Positions 13,041 to 25,537 of a stretch of 64,000 nucleotides of DNA are shown here, piece after piece. The notes beneath the pieces are model-generated. The model searched no databases. It was not told the origin of the DNA and saw only the letters and a list, made by a program, of their open reading frames with translations. The position numbers and the translations under genes were made by a program. Every line of letters begins with the position of its first letter. The first letter of the stretch is position 1. The stretch is from contig CM075989.1 in NCBI GenBank assembly GCA_038087875.1, forward strand, positions 4,278,001 to 4,342,000, read 5' to 3'. The stretch comes from Malacoraja senta. Lineage: Eukaryota.

Positions 13041-15387
13041 CGATATGGACATCTGCGTTCTCTGCGCTAGTCTCCACTGCCTCTTCAACTCCCATTTACC
13101 TTCGAAGGGTGAATGAGTTTGAAATCTGTGATCACTCTCGATATGTGTACCTCGAAGATGAATGAATATTAAAGAAGAACTAAATATTAACAGATTTCTA
13201 TTTTAAACTGATTTTAAATTCTGCGTTGGTCTCATTCGTCTTGAAAGACACCGGTTCTCAATTAAATTGGATTCCTGAGGTATAATCAAATAAAGAACAA
13301 ATTAACAGTTAGACTACCCTGATAATATTTGGAGATAATTTTTATAATGGTATCAATAAATGACTACTAATTAGGCAAGAATTAAAAAGGGCGGTATCTT
13401 TATATCTTCGAGTAAATGCATCGGTTATCGATATCGAGATATCGTTTATATTTTCCTCAGTTTATGATTTAATTTTACTTCCCAATTCTGAAGGAAGTCT
13501 TAATTTTGTTCGTGTGTTTGTAATCTTAATTCCTTCACACGCTTGCACGAGTAAAATACTAATTTTATGGTGTAATTAACAATGCAGAGTGGCAACCGAT
13601 GTCTGGAATTATCACGTTAAGATAATGTTTTTTGTGTGAGGAAATGTGGCTTGGTGTATACGAGTGTGTGCATATTTTGTGGTTATCTTTTGCTGCAATA
13701 CTTCACACACAGGGTAAGGAAGGGTTCAGCAGATTAAGAATATTTGAAGCATGAATTACAATAGTTTGATGTTTTATATGAGGTTTTGACGAAATGTTGG
13801 CCTGGTGCTAGAAACGAGACATGGAAAGGCTCAATCCTGGGATTTACTGATCAATGGACCGTTTCATAAATTCTCGAGGAATATGCACAATTTGTACTTA
13901 TTTAATGACTACATTCATTGTGTGTAATATGATGTGTATTTGGTTAAATATTGAATTCTTGTTGAGGCTATCTGTAATAATCACCCAATAAATTCCTGGT
14001 TCTGCTTAACCTTCGTCTCTCGCTGTTATTTTTGGACTATTCTGTATATACATTTCTTGCAGAAATACGCTGGAGATTAAGGGCTTCCTCTTAGGGGAAG
14101 AGGAAGTTGTAAACGTCTGACACGACTGAACTTCCGTCAGCCCCAGTGGCTATTATATGAAATCTCTTGCAATTAACTCTGAATTGCTAATTGGGTTGGG
14201 TTGGCAGTTCTGCTCGGCGAACGGTCGAGGTGTTTGATGGAGAGATTCGTTATCATTCAATTATATCGAAAGGGAGGTAGACAAAGATGCTGGAGAAACT
14301 CAGCGGGTGAGGCAGCATCTATGGAGCGAAGGAAATAGGCGACGTTTCGGGTCGAGACCCTTCTTCATGGAGAACAGGTTTAATGTTCTAATGGGAACAG
14401 AAAGAACTTCAAAAGTTTTTATTTTCAAAAGTTTCCATATATTTGTTTTTTATTACAAAGATAAAATCACTAGGGGAAATTATAGAAATAATTGTTATTG
14501 CAAATATGTGTTACTGCACACACCTCGTCCCATTACATGTCTTCTAGTATATTACATCTTTGGACAAGACCGATTAAACACCACTAAGACCTAATATCTA
14601 CTACTCAAAATAGCTTTACTTATATAGCAAAGGTGCATTTTCAGATAATTCACCGATTAGCTCAGTTTCGTCTTCGGAAACGATAGCTATTTTGATAAAT
14701 GATATATTACACTTTGCATTGCTCAACATATTTTAAATTGGCATTAAGCATAAAACAGGAGTAAGTCATATTTGGTAATCAAAACTGCGAATTGGATCAA
14801 AATTCATAAATGAATTTAAGAAGTTATTTTACAAGTTAATGAATAACCCTTAAATGTTCCGCCCGTCGTATATTGTGCCTCTATATAAATAACATTTGGG
14901 TCGCCTGATCATAACTATAGCTTCCTTATTCCAAGCTGTTCGGACATTGCTGCCCTGGTCAATAGACAATAGACAATAGACAATAAGTGCAGGTGCAGGT
15001 CAATGGGGGTAACTGAAGTTTTATTTAACATCAAGTTTAGTTAGATTTTCGATTTAAAAGGGGGCTTCCTCTGTAGTTCATTTCCTATTTGTGAAAATAT
15101 CACACGGTTAATGTGCCTTTTTTCTTCTGTTTTGTGAAGTCTAGTTTTCTTTGGATTTGGATTATTTTATTTGCAGTCTTTGAGGTGTATCTCAACTGCC
15201 CTCAATGGACAATAATGAAGCCAAGCAATGAAATGTCATACAACAATGAGTGAAACACTTTGAAATCAAAACGTAAATTATTTTTCGTCATAAGTCAACC
15301 ACTCGAGGTCGGTATATTAATACTCCACACCGTTGCTAAAAACATGAATGTCGCACTTAACCCAATGTTACAGAGAGTGGTGGACAC

Positions 15388-15740
15388 TGCAGGAAACATG
15401 TTCCCGATGTTGGGGGAGTCTAGAACCAGGGGCCACAGTTTAAGAATAAGGAGTAAGCCATTTAGAACGGAGACGAGGAAACACTTTTTCTCACAGAGAG
15501 TGGTGAGTCTGTGGAATTCTCTGCCTCAGAGGGCGGTGGAGGCAGGTTCTCTGGATGCTTTCAAGAGAGAGCTAGATAGGGCTCTTAAAAATAGTGGAGT
15601 CAGGGGATATGGTGAGAAGGCAGGAACGGGGTACTGATTGGGGATGATCAGCCATGATCACATTGAATGGCGGTGCTGGCTTGAAGGGCCGAATGGCCTA
15701 CTCCTGCACCTATTGTCTATTGTCAATTGTCTATTGTCTA
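15388..15740 (+). mobile_element. Young CR1 3' end
   Basis: GESRTRGHSLRI...FFSQRVVSLWNSLP; (ctattgt)n tail; nearly identical to the reverse complement of 60577-60910. Confidence 0.92.
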
Positions 15741-16130
15741 CCCGGTCCATCACAGGTACTGACCTCCCCCAATATCCAAGGGATTTGTTGGAGGCGCTGC
15801 CTCGAAAGGCAGCCAGCATCATCAGAGACCCACACCACCCTGGCCACGCTCTCATTTCACCCCTGCCATCGGGAAACCGTGACTTCCAGGTTCAAGAAAA
15901 GCTCATTCGCGGCAACCATTAGGCGCTTGAACGCTACACAACTCGAACCTCAACTATGAACTATGGACTGTCATTGGTTGCACTGAAGGCCGGGGCTTTG
16001 CACTAAATTGATGGTTTTTGGTTTGATATATTATCTATGAGTGTTGTGTGTACCGGCATATTATGTTGCTCGAAAATAATTTTATTGTTACGTTATCGGC
16101 CCACATGATCATTCAAAACCCTTGACTCAT
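15741..16130 (+). mobile_element. Rex1/Babar-like LINE 3' remnant, host of the CR1 insertion (5' stub at about 15368-15388)
   Basis: LQRVV...SITGTDLP...KAASIIRDPHHPGHALISPLPSG motif. Confidence 0.7.
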
Positions 16131-16527
16131 GAATCTTGAATGTTCAGGGGAAAATACAGAAATGGACATAAACTGGTAAATCTGATCACCTGTGACCCAC
16201 AGGTTAGGGCGCAGAGTCACTGCCCCTACAATGACCGGTTAGAATTATTTATGGAATGTATGTAAACTATTGCCGATGTGTTCGTGAAACACAGAACTCC
16301 CTGCCCGTGGCGCTTTGAACCTTTACCTGTAGGCCAGTCCTGTTCATATCTCCCGAAGTGCATACTCATCGAAAGAATAGAGAATACCGTTTATTTTAGT
16401 TTGTGAATACTTTGGTGCTATTTCCAGATGACTTGTTGGATATTGTGTTTCATACTGCAAAGTAATAACTTTCAATGGTATCGATAAACAGTTGGATACT
16501 AAGCAAGTTTTAGTTTTTAATTTAATA

Positions 16528-16728
16528 TAGACACTGGAGTAGCTCAGCTGGTCAGGCCGCATCTCTGGATAAAAAGAATGGGTGACGTTTCGGATCGAGA
16601 CCCTTCTTCAGACTGAAACGTCACCCATCCTTTTTCTCCGGAGATGCTGCCTGACCCACTGAATTACACCAATAGATTGTGTCTGTCTTTGGCGTAAACC
16701 GGCATCTGCTGTTCTTTGTTTCGACACT
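16528..16728. mobile_element. Inverted pair of Penelope-like pLTRs
   Basis: gtgacgtttc...cttcagactgaaacgtcacc fold-back centre. Confidence 0.8.
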
Positions 16729-17612
16729 TAATTTTACATTTATTGTGTTTGACCGTATCTTCCCCAAACAGTGAATCCGCCCAACTATTGTGTATCAAAC
16801 GGCACTGCCTATGGTCAACCATGCACTGTGGAACAGCCATTTAACAGCCGTTCATGGTGCACAATGCTAGCAGCCCATCACCGCCAATCCCACACTGCAT
16901 AATGGAAACAGCCCACGGACATATTCATTTTCTCTACAGATGCTGCCTGACCCGCTGAGTTACTCCAGCATGTTGTGTCTATCTGCGGTGTAAGCCAGCA
17001 GCTGCAGTTCCTTCCTACACCAAACCTCGCTCTTCTGAACATTAAACCTCCACAACATAGAGACCCCGTCCACTGAGTACTCCATCTTATACAAAACAAA
17101 AAACTCGCCGTTGTCTTTAAGCGACTGCTCTTTTGAATAGCAAAGTGGACATTTGTGCAGTTGTGTCTTATCGCAAACTACCAACGGATTTACGCATTGC
17201 ATAAGCTAATACATTTCCCTGTTTTTTAATCTAAATCGGGTTATTTTCATTTATTGTCTTCTTATAAGAGGATGCTTCACATTTATCGTTGGCTATAAAA
17301 ATATTTATTTTCACTATTTCAATTACTGTTGCGTTAATTGTTTTAATCCCCGTGTTGCTCCCACCTCCAAGGACCCATGTGCCACAGAATCTCACTTATC
17401 CCCTTTTTATAACTCCAGAAGTGCTAATTATTTTGTAACAAAAAGCAAATGTAGCAAGAAAATTGATTAGATTAGGAAAATAAGTTGTAACAGAGAAGGA
17501 TGGAACACAGACATTTGACATGACCTTTTATGCCTTTCATTATTTGGGTTACAGCGGAACCTATTATTTTCCCAGTCTTGTTAACTTCTGGGCATCGACG
17601 CTCCCAGTAAGA

Positions 17613-17812
17613 NNNNNNNNNNNNNNNNNNNNNNNNNNNNNNNNNNNNNNNNNNNNNNNNNNNNNNNNNNNNNNNNNNNNNNNNNNNNNNNNNNNNNNNN
17701 NNNNNNNNNNNNNNNNNNNNNNNNNNNNNNNNNNNNNNNNNNNNNNNNNNNNNNNNNNNNNNNNNNNNNNNNNNNNNNNNNNNNNNNNNNNNNNNNNNNN
17801 NNNNNNNNNNNN
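17613..17812. other. Assembly gap (200 N)
   Basis: Run of N. Confidence 1.
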
Positions 17813-18302
17813 TGGGGGAGGAGGGGCACAGGGGGGAGGGGCAGCAGAGGGGGAGAGAGAGGGGAGGGGGGAAGAGAGGAGGGGGAAAGAGGGAGGTAGA
17901 GGGGGAGAGGGGGGGAGAGTAGTAGAGGGGAGAGAGGAGGGGAGAGGAGGGGTAGAGAGGGGGATATAGTGGGACAGAGGAGAGGGAGGGGAGAAAGAGG
18001 GGAAGGGAGGAGAGTGGGGCAGAAAGAGGGGGAGAGAGGAGGGGGAAGGGGGAGAGAGAGGGGGAGGGGGGAGAGAGGGGTGGGGTGAGGGGGTTAGGGG
18101 GGAGAGGGGGAGGGAGGGGGGGAGAGAGAGTAGAAGGGAGAGAGGAGGGGGGAGAGAGGGAGGGAGGGGGAGAGGAGGGGGAGAGAGGGGGGAGAGAGTG
18201 GGAGAGAGAGGGGGAGAGAGGGAACAGAGGAGAGGGAGGGGAGAGAGGGGGGAGGAGAGGGGAGGGGAGAAGAGGGAGAGGGAGGAGGAGAGAGATGGGG
18301 GG
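17813..18302. repeat. Purine-rich (G/A) low-complexity tract
   Basis: Almost pure G/A with many GGG runs. Confidence 0.95.
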
Positions 18303-18694
18303 AGCGGAGCCGGGCAAGCAGGCTGCGAGCGAGTGAGCTGCGGGACCCACAGCGAGCAGGCGGGCGTCAACCAAATGACTGCAAGTTGGGGGCATGACAT
18401 AACTCGCTGCGCGTGGGAAACAGTGTGCACCGGCCGCGCGAGCGGACACAATGTGACATCATCAGCTCGTTTATTTTCTAAGTTATATGAAATTTTTGAA
18501 CATTTTCATAAATAACGAGATGAAATGCATGAAATTTTCAGATAAGGCGATCTTGGACTACACGGCGTAAATCTCTACCGGAATATGTAAAAATTTCACC
18601 GTTAGTGCATCGTGTTTTTGAGGAGATGTGAATCGCACACGAATATCACACAAATAAATACACATCCAAGATCAGAGTTTTATAAATATAAAGA
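17813..18694 (-). mobile_element. Probable non-autonomous Helitron, 5' portion
   Basis: Minus strand begins A|TCTTTATATTTATAAAAC followed by a tgtgtatttatttgtgtg tract, resembling known Helitron 5' ends; CTRR 3' end not visible (may lie in the gap). Confidence 0.5.
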
Positions 18695-20436
18695 TAGCAA
18701 TGTTTTAAAGCTTTTAAATTGAAGTCCAGCTTATGTAACTTTGAGTGCTGCACTGTTAACCTCAACAAAACCTTCAGCAGAGACTGCACAATTTATGACA
18801 TTGTTATAGAGCAGGTACCATTTAAGACCGCTTTGCCTCAATGCAAAACCAGTAGTATAACAGACCATTAGTTTGTTAAAATCAATTCAGATTTATTGTG
18901 CAATTAAATATTATTTTATGTTACACTTGTGGAGCAGTGGCTTTTGCCTCCATGCTTTGCATTTATCGAGGTACTTGCAGGCTCCATTTCAAAGAAACAA
19001 ATCTTTTAAATGCATTTTTTACTGATTATTTTTTTTTCCAAATCTAACAGAGTTGCCTCAAGGAATGGGTGTGCTCTTGTGGAAGATTGTGGATTTTAAC
19101 TCATTTAATTCCGCACATTCGGGACTGACTCAGGTCCAAGGGACGTAGGAACAATGCCCCTTATCACCTCGAATCCACTGGTGACCCCGATCTTCGTCCC
19201 AACCCCACCGGCCTTTGAATTATGCTGATACAGCGTTGCCAGTGCGGAAGCAGAGAGAACTGTGTCAGACTACAAGCTGCCTTCGCAGTTTGAACCGAAC
19301 ACTGGACCGCGTCTAGTCATCTGGGGAAAGAAAATAGCAGCCGCAACAGTAAAAATAAAATGGGAAATTAGAAATTCCCACATACACGAATAATCATTCC
19401 TTTAGTCAAATTGCCCGCAGCCCTGTGCATTTTTATTCAGGGAGCGCCGCACATGGTGTGACAATTTGTGGGTTACACAAAGAATGGAGACAGGTTTAAT
19501 GACATCTTTGAGGTCCTTCATACCCATGTACAACGGGGACGGAGTTGAGAGAACGTTGGGATGAATTTCAGTTGCCGAAGGACAGCACAATGCTTTAATT
19601 CAGATCCACTCCCATTCTCAATCTACACAGGCTCAGATCGGGCAGGGACAGACATAAAACATTCTGAGCAGCACAAATCAAACTGTGTAATGGGGGGCTC
19701 AGTGGCATTCACGCTGTGTTGGCTTGGGGGTGGTGGTTGTGGGAGAGGGGACAGCTTGGTAGGCTTCAGTAAAGCCGTTTTAAGTTGGTGTCAGCTCTTA
19801 GCAATGATGTACAAGCGATTAGGGAGTGATCGTCTCCACCGAGTGGCTCGGCCATTGTTTATGACAAGTGTCGGCAGAAGGGAGGAGTTAGCTTTCAAAC
19901 CGGGGACGATGAATCTTTCACCAAGTAAGAAAGGAGCCTTTTACCCGTCCCAGACAAGCTCCTTCCATCACGTTTCCTGTTGCTAGGCACTGCCTGAAGT
20001 GTGTGAATACATGTGGTGCTAAAGTTGGTGGAGAAGAGGTGGGGGGGACGTTCATTGAAGAAAGTGGCCAGTTTGGAGCAGACATCTCTTTTTCAGTTTT
20101 GATTGACGTTTAACAGCCAGCCGCGCTGAGTCCAGACACGGAGGCTTCCTGTTGTCTTTGGGTCCGGAGATGAGATGGAGAAACACACAGTGCTAGACTC
20201 TCAGCATCCTCCCCATATTGAATAGGTGACCTTCATTCAAAGCAGAATGTGCGTTGGAGAGGGAGGGGAGATGCCAGCTGATGTCTCTCTTTCTCTCTCT
20301 CACACACACACACTTTCACTTGTACACTCCATCCATTTTCATCCATTTTCTTATTAACACTCATGCTGACTTGCATATGCAATGTAATTCTTTATGTGCT
20401 TTTGAAATCCAATTACCAGTTGTGTGTTTTACTTGC

Positions 20437-20712
20437 AAATTCTTTACTTATTTTTTACTAACTTAATTATTGACATAAAACTAACTTAAATCTTTACTTA
20501 TAAAATTAACTTAATTCTTTACTTATAAAACTAACTTAATTATTGACATAAAACAAACTTAATTCTTTACATGAAACCTAAATTAATTATTTACTTATAA
20601 AACTAACTTCAATCTTTACCTATAAAATAAACTTATTTCTTTTCTTATAAAGACAACATAAATCTTTACTAATAAAACTAACTTAATTCTTTACTAACTT
20701 AACAATTGACAA
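20437..20712. repeat. AT-rich minisatellite, unit of about 22-24 bp (ttctttacttataaaactaacttaa variants)
   Basis: About 11 degenerate tandem units. Confidence 0.85.
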
Positions 20713-21041
20713 AAGGTAAAACCATTTTGAGACTTCATTTTCTTTAGTGAAGCATTGAGTGGATGATTTTGCATCAGTTTATCATTATGTGTATCACCAA
20801 GAGAACATCTCACCCATTTCAAACTGTGCCACTATGAGATTCTATTTAAAATATCCATTAACCTAGTGACCTACAAAACTTCAGTTATAATCAAAATACA
20901 AAATAACATTGATTTCCTTCCGCTCCTCTGGGAACAGTATTGTCATTGTCCACCTACAGTATAACCCTGTACTAGGTAATGTGGAATTCTGCTAAAGAGA
21001 TAAATATATGTGGAAAGCTGGTATTAATAAAAGTGACCATA

Positions 21042-22475
21042 CATTGCATTCAGAAAGTATTCAGACCACTTTTTCCATATTTTGTTACGTTACAGCCTTA
21101 TTTTTAAATGGATTAAATTTTTTTTTTTTTAATCATCAAAACTACACACAATACCCCAGAATGACAAAGTGAAAACGGGTGTTTAGAAATGTTTGCAAAG
21201 TAATAAAAAGAAATAACTGAAATATCACATTTACATAAGTATTCACGCCCTTTGCTATGACACTCTAAACTGAGCAAAATTGTCCGTAGACCTCCGAGAC
21301 AGGATTGTGTCGAGACACAGATCTGGGGAAGGGTATAAAACTATTTCTGCAGCATTGCAGGTCTCGAAGAGCACAGTGGTCTCCGTCATTCTTAAATGGA
21401 AGAACTTTGGAACCACCAGGACTTCATAAAGCTGGCCGCCCGGCCAAACTGAGCAATTGGGGGAGAAGGGCCTTGGTCAGGGAGGTGACCATGAACCCGA
21501 TTGTCACTCTGACAGAGCTCCAGAGTTCCTCTGTGGAGATGGTAGAAACTTCCAGAAGGACAACTATATCTGCAGCACTCCATCAATCAGGCCTTTATGG
21601 AAGAGTGGCCAGACGGAAGCCAATCCTCAGTAATAGGCAAATGACAACCCGCTTGGAGTTTGCCAAAAGGACTCTCAGACCATGAGAAACAAGATTCTAT
21701 GATGAAACCAAGATTGAACTCTTTGGCCTGAATGCCAAGGCGTCACGTCTGGAGGAAACCAGGCACCGCTCATCACCTGGCCAATACCATACCTACGGTA
21801 AAGCATGGTGATGGCAGCATCATGCTGTGGGTATGTTTTTCAGCAGCAGGAAATGGTGATAGGGGGAATTGAGGAAAGATGAACGGAGCAAAGTACAGAG
21901 AGATCCTTAATGAAAACCTGCTCCAGAGAGTTCTGGACCTCAGAGACTGGGGCAGAGGTTCACCTTCCAACAAGACAATGACCCTAAGCACACAGCCAAG
22001 ACAACGCAGGAGTGGCTTTGTGACAAGTCTGTGAAAGTCCTTGCGTGGCCCAGCCAGAGCCCGGACTTGAACCCGATCGAACATCTCTGGAGGGACCTGA
22101 AAATAGCTGTGCATCGACGCTCCCCATCCAACCTGACAGAGCTTGAGAGGATCTGCAGAGAAGAATGGGAGAAATTACCCAAATACAGGAGTGCCAAGCT
22201 TGTAGCGGCATACCCAAGAAGACGTGGCTGTAATAGCTGCCAAAGGTGCCTCAACAAAGTACTGAGTAAAGGGTCTGAATACTTATGTAAATGTGATATT
22301 TCAGTTATTTCTTATTAATTACTTTGCAAAAAATTCTAAACACCTGTTTTCACTTTTTTATTATGGGGTATTGTGTGTAGATTGATGATATTAAAAAAAA
22401 TTAATCCATTTTAGAATAAGGCTGTAACGTAACAAAATGTAGAAAAAGTGGTCTGAATACTTTCTGAATGCACTG
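21042..22475 (+). mobile_element. Tc1-family IR/DR DNA transposon, decayed
   Basis: About 210-bp TIRs (CA(T/G)TGCATTCAGAAAGTATTCAGACC), TA at 21040-41 and 22476-77, inner direct repeats aagtattca. Confidence 0.95.
21275..22266 (+). pseudogene. Tc1 DD34E transposase, frameshifted
   Basis: GRPAKLS HTH region, [26 protein letters not shown]-(34 aa)-E in [15 protein letters not shown]. Confidence 0.92.
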
Positions 22476-22721
22476 TAAATCCATAGGATATTTCATATAG
22501 AAACAAGGAACTGCAGATGTTGGTTTATACAAAAAAACACAAAGTGCTGGAGTAGCTCAGGCAGCATTTCGTGTGAATGTGGATAGGTGACGTTTCAGGT
22601 CAGGGCCGTTCTTCAGACTGATTGTGGGGCAGGGGAGGGGAAGAAAATGTGGTGTGTTTATGTGCAAATGAGTCATATGTGCATTTTCTAAAATGAAATC
22701 ATATATCATATATCATAATGG

Positions 22722-22934
22722 AAGATAGACACAAAATGTTGGAGTAACTCAGCAGGGCAGACAGCAACTCTGGAGAAAAGGAATGGGTGACGTTTCGGGT
22801 AGAGACCATTCTTCAGACCCTGGAGAAGGGTCTCAACGTGAAATGTCACCCATTCCTCTCCACAGATGCTGCCTGTACCGCTGAGTTTGTGCCTATCTTC
22901 AGTATAAACCAGCATCTGTAGCTCCTTCCTACAT
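22722..22934. mobile_element. Inverted pair of Penelope-like pLTRs (another solo copy at about 22497-22625)
   Basis: Family motif in fold-back arrangement. Confidence 0.8.
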
Positions 22935-24118
22935 ATGATGTAATAGAACGTAAACCATAGAACGTGTGTGTTGTTTTCCATTAAGATGATTAAAACGCAC
23001 GTTTCAAAGTCCCTGATATCTCCTGGAGATTATTACACTATTGTTATTGAGAATTACTACTAATATCACCCATGGACCATATTCCAATGAATTACAACTG
23101 GTGACAAGAATCGTCACAACAACAGACACATCTCCAGAGAAAGAAAAGACATTTGATGAGCAATGACACTGACTTGTAACTCCATAGTGGAGAGATTAAA
23201 TCTCTTGGTAGTCAGAGTTTTCTTGGGTATGCAGTGAGTTGATGAACCTGTTCAGGAGGTGACAATAGAAATCAATAGACAGGTCCAGTCCGTCTTTGCT
23301 GATAGCAAGAGAACTCAGCCGAGATCATTGAGAAGCCTTGATGTCAACAGCAACGGCTATTTGGTGGGAAATGGGACAAATATGTTTCATCAACAGCCGA
23401 GCCATGTCCAATCAAGCATGCACGTTCTACACAGATGTTCTTTATGGCTGATTGTAATCCTCAAATCAAAGTACATACCAAAAATACTTAAGCACTGAAT
23501 ATTGCTACAAGACAGTGAGAGATGACTGCTCCATAGACTGTGTATTGCTCTGAGATCTATCACATGTTTACTAACCTGGTCGCCCTATACTCGCAGGAGA
23601 AGTTTACTTTAATTTAGTTTAGTTTAGTTTAGTTTATTGACCCAAGTACCGAGGTACAGTGAGAAACTTTTGTTGCGTAGGAGGATGAGGAGTGTAACCA
23701 GTCAGCGGAAAGACTCCACATGAGTAGGCTGGGACTCCATCCCTTGGAGCGCAGGAGGATGAGGAGTGATCTTACTGAGGTGTATAAAATCATGAGAGGA
23801 ATAGATGAGGTAGATGCACAGAGACTCTTACCCAGTAGGTGAATCGAGAACCAGAGGACATAGGTTTAAGGTGAAGGGGAAAAGATTTAATAGGAATCTG
23901 AGGGATAACCTTTTCACACAAAGGGTGGTGGGTGTATGGAACAAGCTTCCAGAGGATGTAGCGGAGGCAGGGACTAACCCAACATTTAGTAAATTGTTAG
24001 GCAGGTACATGGATAGGACAAAGTGTTAAAGAAGGAACTGCAGATGCTGGAAAATCGAAGGTACACAAAAATGCTGGAGAAACTCAGCGGGTGCAGCAGC
24101 ATCTATGGAGCGAAGGAA

Positions 24119-25390
24119 ACCCCGGCCACTGACACCCTCCTCCGCCTAGCGGAGCTGGTACTTACACTTAATAACTTTTCATTTGACTCCTCCCATTTCC
24201 TCCAAATACAAGGCGTAGCTATGGGCACACGCATGGGCCCCAGCTACGCCTGCCTCTTTGTCGGGTACGTAGAACAATCCCTGTTCAATGCGTACCAGGG
24301 CCCCATCCCCGACCTCTACCTCCGCTACATCGATGATTGTTTTGGTGCCACATCCTGCACCCACACACAACTGACTGACTTCATCCGCTTCACCACCAAC
24401 TTCCATCCGGCACTCAAATACACCTGGACCATTTCCGACACTTCCCTACCATTCCTTGACCTCACTATCTCCATCGCAGGTGATAGACTCCTTACCGACA
24501 TCCACTACAAACCTACCGACTCCCATGGCTATCTGGACTACACTTCTTCCCACCCTGCTTCCTGTAAGGACTCCATCCCCCACTCCCAATTCCTCCGTCT
24601 ACGCCGCATCTGCTCCCAGGATGAGGCGTTCCACACCAGGGCATCTGAAATGTCCTCATTCTTCAGGGAACGGGGGTTCCCCTCCTCCACCATAGATGAG
24701 GCTCGCACCAGGGTCTCTGCCATACCCCGCAACACTGCTCTCTCTCCCCATCCCCCCACTCACAACAAAGGCAGAGTCCCCCTAGTCCTCACCTTTCACC
24801 CCACCAGCCGTCACATACAACAAGTGATCCTCCGTCAGTTCCGCCACCTCCAACGTGACCCCACCACTCGCCACATCTTCCCATCTCCCCCTATGTCTGC
24901 CTTCCGCAAAGACCGCTCCCTCCGTAACTCCCTTGTCAATTCTTCCCTTCCCTCCCATACCACCCCCTCCCCTGGTACTTTCCCTTGCAACCGCAAGAGA
25001 TGCAACACTTGTCCCTTCACTTCCCCCCTCCACTCCATTCCAGGACCCAAGCAGTCGTTCCAGGTGCGACAGAGGTTCACCTGCATCTCCTCCAACCTCA
25101 TCTATTGCATTCGCTGCTCTAGATGCCAGCTGATCTACATCGGTGAGACCAAGCGGAGGCTTGGCGATCGTTTCGCCGAACACCTCCGGTCGGTCCGTAA
25201 TAACCAACCTGAACTCCCGGTGGCTCAGCACTTCAACTCCCCCTCCCATTCCGTATCTGACCTCTCTGTCCTGGGTCTCCTCCATGGCCACAGCGAGCAA
25301 CACCGTAAATTGGAGGAAATGCACCTCATATTCCGCTTGGGCAGTCTACATCCTGGTGGCCTGAACGTTGAATTCTCCCAATTCTGCTAG
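24119..25390 (+). CDS. Penelope-like RT (C-terminal part) plus GIY-YIG endonuclease, 5'-truncated but uninterrupted
   Basis: QGVAMGTRMGPSYA, YLRYIDD, LPFLD, CxxxxCxxC linker, NLIYCIRC..C..IYIGETKR, RFAEH, GLN. Confidence 0.93.
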   Translation, partial: TPATDTLLRLAELVLTLNNFSFDSSHFLQIQGVAMGTRMGPSYACLFVGYVEQSLFNAYQGPIPDLYLRYIDDCFGATSCTHTQLTDFIRFTTNFHPALKYTWTISDTSLPFLDLTISIAGDRLLTDIHYKPTDSHGYLDYTSSHPASCKDSIPHSQFLRLRRICSQDEAFHTRASEMSSFFRERGFPSSTIDEARTRVSAIPRNTALSPHPPTHNKGRVPLVLTFHPTSRHIQQVILRQFRHLQRDPTTRHIFPSPPMSAFRKDRSLRNSLVNSSLPSHTTPSPGTFPCNRKRCNTCPFTSPLHSIPGPKQSFQVRQRFTCISSNLIYCIRCSRCQLIYIGETKRRLGDRFAEHLRSVRNNQPELPVAQHFNSPSHSVSDLSVLGLLHGHSEQHRKLEEMHLIFRLGSLHPGGLNVEFSQFC

Positions 25391-25503
25391 CCCTGGCTGT
25401 CCCCTCCCCTTCATCAGCCATCTGGTTGTCTCCGCCCCTCCCCCAGCCCTCGGGCTCCTCCTCCTCCTTTTCCTTTTTTCCTTTCTTCTCCCCACCCCCT
25501 ATC

Positions 25504-25537
25504 AGTCTGAAGAAGGGTTTCGGCCCGAAACGTTACC
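25504..25537 (+). ncRNA. Minimal type I hammerhead ribozyme motif
   Basis: CUGAAGA, stem II GGGU-UUCG-GCCC, GAAA, loopless stem III, GUU cleavage triplet. Confidence 0.8.

Noticed and set aside
17472..18515. Long Pro/Ser-rich and Gly/Glu/Arg-rich ORFs
   Set aside because: Artefacts of the G/A low-complexity tract and the N gap.
20437..20712. CRISPR-like array
   Set aside because: Degenerate head-to-tail AT-rich units with no unique spacers, no cas genes, and a eukaryotic context.
24023..24118. N-terminus MLKKELQMLENRRY of the 455-aa ORF as a real protein start
   Set aside because: It is the antisense reading of the inverted pLTR; the same peptide recurs at 52048-52236.
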